Origin: Octopus sinensis
Taxonomy: Eukaryota
NCBI RefSeq assembly: GCF_006345805.1
Contig: NW_021836953.1
Coordinates: 1 to 22,056 of the forward strand
Direction: 5' to 3'
Length of the DNA: 22,056 bases
Positions 10,489 through 19,715 of the stretch are shown here, one piece after another. A model generated the notes under the pieces. It made no database searches and was not told where the DNA came from. It saw only the letters and a list, made by a program, of their open reading frames with translations. The first letter of the stretch is position 1. Each line of letters starts with the position of its first letter. A program made the position numbers and the translations under genes.

Positions 10489-12645
10489 ATTTTGGCCAAG
10501 GTGTTAGCCGAAAGGTTGGCGCTTGTCATCAAGAAACTAATCGACAAGGCGCAAACATGCGCCGTGCCGGGTAGAAGTATTCATGACAACCTCCATCTGA
10601 TGCGCTACATCATAGACAGGGTAGTTAAAAATCCTGGCATGGGTGGGGCGCTGATCAATTTGGATCAATCAAAAGCCTTCGATAGGTAGACCATCACTAC
10701 TTGGAGGCTGTCCTCAAGCGGCTGGTTTCGGTCAGTTTTCCGCGGTTGGATCGATCGCTGCCTTATACAGCGGCATCCGCTCAGTAGTTCGCGTAATGGT
10801 CATCTATCCAGACCTTTTAACATCATGCGTTTCGGTTCGTCAGGGATGCCCCCTCATCGCTGCTGTATGTACTGACTCTTGAGCCACTACTGCGGAAACT
10901 GGCGACGCTGAGGGGCATCCCACGAGTGCTGGGATGCGGGAGGAGCGTGTCTGCCTGCATACGCGGATGACGTCACCGTCATAGTGTCGAGCTACGAGCA
11001 CATCGAGCTGTTCGGCGAGACACTGAAAGAATACGAAGCGGTAACGGGAGCAAAAAATTAACCGGGAAAAGTCAGTGGGCTTGCGGCTCGGCACCTGGAG
11101 AAGCAAGCCCATGCCGTCCAACAGCGTCTCCATCGTGGGACGCTGGACGGACGGACCGGTTAAATTGCTCGGGGTCTGGTTCGGTCCGGACCTCCAAATG
11201 GAGAAGAACTGGGGCGAGATAACGACTAGGGTGGCTACTCTCACCCAGAAATGGACTGAGAGAAAGCTATCCCTAAAAGGTCTGGCGGAGGTGGCGACGC
11301 GTACATCGCATCCGTCATCGAGTATCGTCTGACCGTCGTGCCTTGTCCCGACCCTACCATCACCAAACTGGAACGCATACTCTTCCGCTTCTTGTGGAAG
11401 GGAAACGTTCCGATGGTTAGGCGATCCATTTGCTGCCAACACCCGCTAAATGGAGGGCTGGGCATGCCGTGGTTGATGATGCGCAGACATGCGCTGAGAC
11501 TGCGACATCTCCGGCGCTTCTTAGACAACGGTGAACAGGGGTGGTCGCCTTTTGTGCGGCGCGCTTTCCCGCAGCTCGTCTCCTTGAACGAACTACAGTC
11601 ATGGATCAAGCAGAGACCGAGGCTAGGCGAATGGCACCGCGAGTGTCGCGTTGCTCTCAAGCAACTCTGCTGCCGTCCGGATCGAACTTGTGCGACTCCA
11701 TCACAACAAAGGCATTCTATAGAGGATTAGTGGAGGGAGGTGCGACGACGAACTCGGGCAGAGTCTGGGCGTCGACGAGAACACCTGACCCGCCTGTTCA
11801 GGACAACTTTCGGGCCGGGACCTATGAACAATCACCAAAGATCCCTGGCCTGGCAGTGCTATCGAGAGCATTACCTGTTCGGGATAAGCTTCTACAGACA
11901 CGGTTCCAGACACACTGGACCGACTTGCCCGAGATGCGGTCAGAGCGACGAAACCGTTCTGCACGCACTCGTGCAATGTCCAACCATTTCCGACCTGTGG
12001 GCTTATGCCGAACGGCTGCTGTCACGTGTGGGACGAATCCGCCTATCGGCCGAGTCTATCGTGAGAATTGCTCCGCCCCCTTCCCTCAACCGGGAAGGCA
12101 AGGCAGTTTTCATCGTACTGGTGGCCATGGTGAAAGAATGTGTGTGGTGGACTCGAGCGAAAGGATTAGAGACAAACACTTACCTCTCTGGCCAATCGCT
12201 CATCAACTTTTTCAAGTACCACTTGAAAAGGAAGGTGAGAATGGAGAGGGAAGTTTTGTCTCGCGAAAGATTCAAAAAAGATGGGTGAATGTTGCAAAAT
12301 GGTGCGTGCTAGTAACGAAACCATTTTGAGCATGATCCTGTAGATCGTAAAAAAGAAAGAAAGAGAGCATTTTTGACCTCATGTGTTTATTTCCTCCCTG
12401 ACTGGGGTTCCCGTGGTCTTTTCTGTAGGCTTTTCTTCCCACGGATGAACCCAATCTTGTTATATCAATGTTTACACCATTATTTCTGTGATACACGATT
12501 TTCTTTTTTTTCCTTTTTTTTTTCCTCCTCTCGATCCCTTTTGATCGCAATCTTACATTTTTTATTTTTTCCACCCTCGAAAAGAAAAGCTCTGCATTTG
12601 TATTTGTCCCCTCTGTATTCAGCCCTGTGTGGCTAATAAAAGAAA
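10489..12645 (+). mobile_element. LINE B: 5'-truncated Tx1/L1-type non-LTR retrotransposon (RT domain to 3' end)
   Basis: RT motifs [40 protein letters not shown]; GGLGMP; zinc knuckle CPRCGQSDETVLHALVQCP; stop TAG at 12341-12343; many frameshifts; same 3' terminus as LINE A. Confidence 0.93.
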
Positions 12646-12647
12646 GT

Positions 12648-12746
12648 TATCTATCTATCTATCTATCTCTATCTATCTACTGTTTATCTATCTTTTATAT
12701 CTATCTATCTTTCTATTCTATCTATCTCTATCTATCTATCTATCTA

Positions 12747-12788
<42 letters not shown>

Positions 12789-12815
12789 ATCTATCTATCG
12801 ATATCTATCTATCGA

Positions 12816-12911
<96 letters not shown>

Positions 12912-12931
12912 AGTCTGTCTATCTATCTATT

Positions 12932-12996
<65 letters not shown>

Positions 12997-13049
12997 CTAT
13001 ATCTATCTATATCTATCTATCTATCTATCCATCTATCTGTCTGTCTGCC
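12648..13049. repeat. Compound (TATC)n/(TC)n array duplicating the array upstream of LINE B
   Basis: Same ordered variant landmarks as 10254-10488. Confidence 0.9.
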
Positions 13050-13293
13050 CTGTCTCATTCATTTCTGTCGTCTGTTCTGTCTGCCAGTCGTTTTCTGTCT
13101 GCCTGCGTGTCGTGTGTGTCTGTTGTTTTATATTACACTGTTATATCACTTATATATATATATATATCCATGTACATATGTATATATACACAGGTATATG
13201 TATGCTTATATTTATATGTTTGTATAAGTATACATATGTGTGTGTGCGTGCGTGTGTATTTATGTATGTATAATATCTCTATTGTATTTTCAG

Positions 13294-13454
13294 GTTATGC
13301 CAATAATTCGAAGGATGGCAATAACTTCAGACATTCGCTATCGTTTCGCCACAACCCACATCTCTCTCGATGTTGGCAACACACAGAATTACACAGAAGA
13401 CTTTCACTTCGAGACTCAATTACCACTTGGATCTTTAATATCCAACGTTAGCTT
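13294..13454 (+). CDS. VIT-domain exon of an inter-alpha-trypsin inhibitor heavy chain-like protein
   Basis: Acceptor TTGTATTTTCAG|, donor |GTAAGT, 161 nt open reading VMPIIRRMAITSDIRYRFATTHISLDVGNTQNYTEDFHFETQLPLGSLISNVS(L). This fits the VIT pattern S.I..RFA.T.....V.N.......F...LP....ISN.S/T. Confidence 0.82.
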
Positions 13455-13555
13455 GTAAGTCTTGCGCATGCTCTTTTGATCGGGATGACAGCTCCCCGTT
13501 TTTTTCTTATTTTATTACAGAATTGCAGATATAATTATTGAAATATCAACAATCA

Positions 13556-13596
13556 TTTTCGTCATCATCATCACCATCATCACCACCACCACCACC

Positions 13597-13648
<52 letters not shown>

Positions 13649-13658
13649 CCACACCACC

Positions 13659-13717
<59 letters not shown>
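13556..13717. repeat. (ATC)n/(ACC)n microsatellite
   Basis: Direct reading of the sequence; source of the poly-H/S/D/M ORFs. Confidence 0.95.
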
Positions 13718-13718
<1 letters not shown>

Positions 13719-14329
13719 TCTTTTTTCAATGCTAAGATTGCTTGGTTTTTTAATAGCTGGATGCCCTCCCTGTTGCCAACCCGTTAATCCGCACTCGTAC
13801 ATCACGCAGGAACAAGGTGTAGATTTTCTGACACCAGGCTACGTACGCAGTATATACGACAGACACAAAGTATATAGTCTAGCCTTGGAAATTTATTATT
13901 TGCTAATCCTAGTTTGTTTTTTAATCTCTTTGTGTCGAATACTCGTTTTTCTGAACATTGTAACTTGAAAGTTAATAGGAATAACTGCTGAAAATAACAA
14001 CCACGATTAATATCTGAGGTCTTCTATAACAAAACATTATTGGTACAGAATGCTTTGATTGAGCGTTTTGGTTTATAGCATTTTTTCTTTTATAATTTCC
14101 CACCAAATTACACCTAAATTCGTTAAAGATTTTTAAAATAATTTAAAATAGAGATAGCTACTTAAGATTATATATTCTTTTCGACACAAAATATGTATCG
14201 TTTAATTTTACTTTAGACGATACAAATCGTACGTGAGATCTCTAACAGGTCATTTCCAGTTTAAATATCTGAGCTGGAATATTCACAAAAGGCGGCAAAT
14301 TTACAAATTAGTTAACTGTACACAGATCA

Positions 14330-14640
14330 CATCTTTTTCTTCCGTTTATGTATAGCTTCCATCTTTAAAAAGTCTTCCATTTTGATGTTGTACATGGAAG
14401 TATTATCTTTTGAGTGCCAAACGTAGTCGGTGAAGTTTTCACACTCTCCCGATTTGCGTGTCTAAAAGAGAAAGTATGATTGGAGACTTACACTGCTTGA
14501 TCTGCTGTCCAGTCATGGCTACGCGGCGTTTATGAGCCATGTCGCGATTTGACATTTTAGCAATAAACTTTGCGTCGTAAAACTTAGCTATTGCGGTGCA
14601 AGATATATTTTCTGGTCGCGTACAAAGATATGGGCACCTG
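14330..14640. repeat. Probable interspersed repeat relic, possibly from a DNA transposon
   Basis: Only a weak HSPDL-like stretch (CACTCTCCCGATTTG) reminiscent of the mariner YSPDL motif; no intact ORF or terminal repeats. Confidence 0.25.
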
Positions 14641-14700
14641 TCTTAGTGGCTAGGCTGTTGTAATCACGATCACTACATGGTAGGTTTGATTCTCGTTCTA

Positions 14701-14757
14701 GGAATCGAACTCATTACCTCATGATTCCGAGCCCGACGCTCTAACCACTGAGCCATA
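14701..14757 (-). mobile_element. Isolated tRNA-derived SINE head
   Basis: TGGCTCAGTGGTTAGAGCG..GAGTTCGATTCC (A and B boxes); no acceptor-stem closure, so not a tRNA gene. Confidence 0.6.
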
Positions 14758-15108
14758 GACACACACACACACACACACACATGCATATAGTATATATATA
14801 TATATATATTATATATATATATATATAATATATATGAAACGATGAATTGTTTTGCGTAAACCATGGTTCGTTTTGTTCTCTTACTGTATTATCATCTTAT
14901 AATCATCTCATAATAATGACTTTTATGACTCGTATTACTACCTCAGTCAATCTAAATGTATATATTTGTCGTTACCTTTCATAAATAGCCTTTTTCTATT
15001 TGCAAGGTGCACTTTCGTTGATTTTTCATATTTTACCCTTACATTTCCACGTGTATTTTATATTTTCTTTTCGTAACATATTTCTATTATATATATATAT
15101 ATATATAC

Positions 15109-15268
15109 AAACAATTGCAGCGTGAAAGGTGTTGATAAGCCATTTAAAGACACACAAAAACTGTTAGATTCACTCCAACATTTAAATTTAATTTGCCAAA
15201 ATATTTCCGTTGCTTTGAGACTGCGACCTGGTCATTGACAAAATTCCGTGCTGCAAAGTGACATCACA
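15109..15268 (-). mobile_element. Probable Penelope-like terminal relic with a degenerate hammerhead at 15192-15242
   Basis: Hammerhead topology with a 7-bp stem I and palindromic AAUAUU stem III; element class inferred. Confidence 0.45.
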
Positions 15269-15298
15269 ATATTATACACACATGTATGTACATATATT

Positions 15299-15384
15299 AA
15301 TATTTAGCAGAAGGGGCAGTTTAATAAATGAAAACATACGAAACTCTCGGCTCTTGAGTCACTCTGTTGCTTCAGCTAAATATT
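15299..15384. mobile_element. Short MITE-like element, copy 1
   Basis: Terminal inverted repeats AATATTTAGCAGAAG / CTTCAGCTAAATATT; right end shared with 18352-18471. Confidence 0.6.
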
Positions 15385-15775
15385 CTTTTGTACTCTAGGC
15401 ACAAAACCCGAAATTTTGGAGGAGGGGACCAGTCGATTAGGTCGACCCCAGTGCGTAACTGGTACTTATTTAATTGACCCCGAAAGGATGAAAGGCAAAG
15501 TAGACCTCGGCGGAATTTGAGCTCAGAACGTAGCGGCAGACGAAATACCTATTTCTTTACTACCCACAAGGGGCTAAACACAGAGGGGACAAACAAGGAC
15601 AGACATAGGTATTAGGTCGATTAAATCGACCAGTGCGTAACTGGTACTTAATTTATCGACCCCGAGAGGATGAAAGGCAAAGTCGACCTCGGTGGAATTT
15701 GAATTCAGAACGTAACGGCAGACGAAATACCGCATTTCACCCGACGTGCTAACGATTCCGTCAGCTCGCCGCCTT
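15385..15775 (-). mobile_element. SINE family 1 dimer (full monomer with tail B, then headless monomer with tail A)
   Basis: Junction AAAGAAA-TA-GGTATTTCG near 15550; 16-bp target-site duplication GCTTC(A/T)GCTAAATATT at 15369-15384 and 15777-15792. Confidence 0.9.
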
Positions 15776-16309
15776 AGCTTCTGCTAAATATTGACAAATA
15801 TATATCTATATATATGTTTATGTGTGTGTGTGTGTGTGTTTGTCTGTCTGTCTCTGTGTACGTATGGGTTCATGAATACAACATGGCTGTCCGTCGATAA
15901 ACTCCATTTAACCAGTAACCATAACCACGCAGATAATATTAATCTAATTTTACGCAAGGAAAACGAATTTCGAAATGTTTTTAAGTCCCCTTCTACTTCT
16001 GCTGATGCCTGGTGACACCCCAAACTGGCTCAATTCGAAACTATTACTGACACACAATACCCTATAAATGTCAACACTGGCCTGCAAACTAACCCCTCGG
16101 TCTTATGCCCCACCCAACATAGCAATAAGAACACCAGTGATGGTATATGTCACACGACGGAGACGACGCTCGTTAACATTTTAACTAGAATTTTATTGGC
16201 CCCGATGTTTTGTCCGCCATTTTAGTGACAGCTCGCTCTTTATTTTGTATTGTATTTGGGACCCCACCCCACTATCTTTATGTTCATTAGTGTGTATTAT
16301 CTATCAATA

Positions 16310-16428
16310 TTAGAAATGCACACACATATACACACATAATTATTTATATATGTATAAATATGTAAGCGTATCCGTATAAACACACATATACACACGCACA
16401 CAATATATATACATATACATATATATAT

Positions 16429-16461
<33 letters not shown>

Positions 16462-16594
16462 GTATATAAAGAGAGAGAGAGAGAGAGAGAGAGAAAGAAA
16501 GAGAGCGAGAGAGAGCGAGAGAAATACATACATACATATATACATACATACATACATACTACATACATACATACATACATACATCATACATACC

Positions 16595-16626
<32 letters not shown>

Positions 16627-16672
16627 TAGGTACATAAGCATACGCATGTTTACATATATATATATATATACT
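16310..16672. repeat. (CA)n/(TA)n/(GA)n/(TACA)n microsatellites
   Basis: Direct reading of the sequence. Confidence 0.9.
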
Positions 16673-16674
16673 TT

Positions 16675-16860
16675 GTTTTGGGATTTGGTTTACTAGATTC
16701 TTTATGTGAGTTCGTGTGTTGAAGCATATTTTGTTGTTTCTGGAGAGAGTCATTCCCTTTTAGTGCCTTATTGTTTAACACACTCCTCAGTAAAGTTCCC
16801 ACTCATTTATTTACTTACTTCTAAAATTTTCGTTGCGTCTTGCAACCTTTTCAATAGTTG
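16675..16860 (-). mobile_element. Probable Penelope-like terminal relic
   Basis: Begins (minus strand) with a hammerhead motif; element class inferred from that. Confidence 0.45.
16821..16857 (-). ncRNA. Minimal type-I hammerhead ribozyme motif, U3-A8 core variant
   Basis: Minus strand CUA-UUGAAAA-G-GUUGC(AAGAC)GCAAC-GAAA-AUU-U-UAG: all three stems pair in register. Confidence 0.6.
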
Positions 16861-17138
16861 TTAACTCTGTCCGAGCGTCCAAGTCTTCATTAAACTCCAC
16901 CACAACGAATAACGTCTAATAAAACAAAAGACCGAAATATTGGGCTTCACCACTGTTTTCTGGCTTGAGACAGGCTCAAGTGCTTTCCACATGTTGTGTA
17001 ACAGCTTTAGCATCTAAATTAAAGTTCGCTCACATAATTAACATCATTAGTGAAGCCTTGCTCCAGTATGGTTTTTAGCAAACTAAAGGCGTAAACATTC
17101 CTTTTCTAATATGTTTTTCTGTCTTTTGGGTGATAATA

Positions 17139-17525
17139 CGCGGCTGGCAGAAACGTTAGCACGCCGGGCGAAATGCTTAGCGGTATTTCGTCTGCTGCTA
17201 CGTTCTGAGTTCAAATTCCGCCGAAGTCGACTTTGCCTTTCATCCTCTCGGGGTCGATTAAATAAGTACCAGTTACGCACTGGGGTCAATATAATCGACT
17301 TAATCCGTTTGTCTGTCCTTGTTTGTCCCCTCTGTGTTTAGACCCTTGTGGGTAGTAAAGAGATAGGTATTGCGTCTGACGCTACGTTCTGAGTTCACAA
17401 TCTGCCGAGGTCGACTTTGCCATTTATCCTTTCGGGGTCGATTAAATAAGAACCAGTTGATGTGATCGACATAATCTCCTTGTTTGTCCCCTCTATGTTT
17501 AGCCCCCTTGTGAGCAATAAAGAGA
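17139..17525 (+). mobile_element. SINE family 1 dimer (tail B plus tail B)
   Basis: Full monomer to 17363, then a headless monomer starting GGTATTGCGTC at 17366. Confidence 0.9.
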
Positions 17526-17869
17526 TTAATGTTGCGTTAAACGTATTTGACTGTGAGTTGTTTACCATGCTGATGGCGTGGCTGAGTAACGTCGCTCTGT
17601 CAGTAACTATGACGAAAGAATGTAAATATAGCAATTGCGAATGGTTTATGTTAATTAACGGAATAATTCCGAGGTTAATTAAGTTATTGCGATTCTGCAT
17701 TAATTATTGTGTGTCTAGGAGGAATTGCCTTAGAAAATGAAACGCGAGGTGTAATGTGGAATTTTTTGTAGGTCACGCGAGATTTGTACTCTTTGAGATT
17801 GGTGAACAAGGGGGAGGTGGGGAAACGTGTTTAAGTCTGAAAGTATCCATGCGAGCTTTGTTTGTGTGC

Positions 17870-18040
17870 GCACGTGTGTATGTATGTATGTATGTATGTA
17901 TGTATGGATGTATGTATGTGTGTGTGTATGTATGTATGTATGTATGTATGTATGTATGCATGTATGTATGTATGCATGTATGTATGTATGTATGTATGTA
18001 TGTGTCTATGTATGTATGCATGTATGTATATATGTATGTA
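17870..18040. repeat. (TATG)n array
   Basis: Direct reading of the sequence; continues after the SINE at 18267-18312. Confidence 0.95.
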
Positions 18041-18265
18041 AGGCGGCGAGCTGGCAGAAGCATTAGCACGCCGGGCGAAATGCTTAGCAGTATTTCGTCT
18101 GCCGCTACGTTCTGAGTTCAAATTCCGCCGAGGTCGACTTTGCCTTTCATCCTTTCGGGGTCGATTAAATAAGTACCAGTTACGCACTGGGCTCGATATA
18201 ATTGACTTAATCTGTTTGTCATTGTTTGTCCTCTCTGTGTTTAGGCCCTTGTGGGCAGTAAAGAA

Positions 18266-18266
<1 letters not shown>
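18041..18266 (+). mobile_element. SINE family 1, full length, tail B, inserted in (TATG)n
   Basis: Head AGGCGGCGAGCTGGCAGAA, B box GAGTTCAAATTC, tail GGCCCTTGTGGGCAGTAAAGAAA. Confidence 0.93.
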
Positions 18267-18296
<30 letters not shown>

Positions 18297-18351
18297 TGTA
18301 TGTATGTATGTATCTGTCTGTCTGTCTGACCGTCTGTCTATCTATCAATTA

Positions 18352-18471
18352 ATATTTAGCAGAGGCAAGGGGGTGACTAAAGGTCCGAGAATTTCTTGCG
18401 CTAGTTTCTTACTGCTGGCGCACAAAACCTTCAGCCCTTGTATTAGTTCCTCTGTTGCTTCTGCTAAATAT
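18352..18471. mobile_element. Short MITE-like element, copy 2
   Basis: Terminal inverted repeats ATATTTAGCAGAGGCAA / TTGCTTCTGCTAAATAT (16/17). Confidence 0.65.
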
Positions 18472-18473
18472 AA

Positions 18474-18569
18474 AGAGACAGAGAGACAGACAGAGAGACA
18501 GACAGACAGACATACAGACAGACATACAGACAGACAGACACACAGACAGACAGATATATATATATATAT

Positions 18570-18655
<86 letters not shown>

Positions 18656-18965
18656 GGATGGATGGATGGATGGATGGATGGGTAGATAGATAGACCAGAC
18701 AGACAAAAGGACACGGGTTTATGGATAAGTAGACAGGCAGAGAAACTGATACGTGAATAATTCATTGATGGATATAGAGACAGACAGTGATAGAATAGAG
18801 AGGAATGCGATCAGGTAGGAAACATACGAATACATTGAGCGCGCGCTGTGTTTGTGTGTGTGTTAGAGAGAGAGAGAGAGAGGAGAGAGAGAGGGAGAGA
18901 GGGAGAGAGAGAGAGATTGAGAGAGAGAGAGAGAGAGAGAAAGAGAGACAGACAGACAGACAGAC
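18474..18965. repeat. (GACA)n, (GATA)n, (GATG)n and (GA)n microsatellites
   Basis: Direct reading of the sequence. Confidence 0.9.
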
Positions 18966-19356
18966 ACAGAGCCAGAGAAAGAGAATTCAGAAAAACAGTG
19001 AGAGAGAGAAAGGCAGAGAAGTGGGAGAAGCAGACAGAGAGATTATCTACATAACCAGATGCAAAGAACAGGCCATAGTTAGGTGCATTCGGCCAGGTCA
19101 ATTCCTATTATCCGTCACGGTTCGCTGAGCCAATACATACAGCCATTATATTTGCACGCATTGAGACGCTGATCAGCAAATAATAAATGACAAATTTCTG
19201 CGCACCTGTGAAAGACATAAACATGTCACTGTTCCATTTACCAAAATAACTATAATCAACGATATTTCTCTGTGATGAACCCGAGTGACGAAATCTATGG
19301 AGCCGACCGTGGTTGCAGGTTTTGGTGGTAGTAGCAAATATTCGAAAGAGGCGGAA

Positions 19357-19697
19357 GACTCATTTCCGCCGAGGTCGACTTTGCCTTTCATCCTTTCAGG
19401 GTCGACTAAATAAGTACCAGTTACGCACTGGGGTCGATGTAATCGACTTGATCCGTTTGTCTGTCCTCGTTTGTCCGCTCTGTGTTTGGCCCCTTGTGGG
19501 TAGTAAAGACACCGGAAAAAAATTCTTAATGGTATTTCGTCCGTCTTTACGTTCTGAGTTCAAATTCTGTCGAGGTCGACTTTGCCTTTCATCCTTTTCG
19601 GAATCGATCAAATAAGTACCAGTTGCATACTAGGATCGGTTTAATTGACTTATCCCCGCCCCCGAAATTGCTGACCTTGTGCCAAAATTTGAAATTA
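19357..19697 (+). mobile_element. Two tandem 5'-truncated SINE family 1 copies (tail B, then a third tail variant)
   Basis: Tail B ends near 19509; the second copy starts near 19512 and ends TGACCTTGTGCCAAAATTTGAAA. Confidence 0.85.
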
Positions 19698-19715
19698 ATA
19701 TTCATGCTCTATGTT

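Noticed and set aside
14641-14757. tRNA genes
   Set aside because: Only A/B-box heads without a full cloverleaf; these and the other tRNA-like stretches are SINE heads.
16193-16223. YY1-like AAAATGGCGG and CCAAT on the minus strand
   Set aside because: Short motifs expected by chance; the following ORF is only 11 codons; no other promoter evidence.
19040-19330. Possible exon on either strand
   Set aside because: All frames close quickly and there is no recognisable domain.
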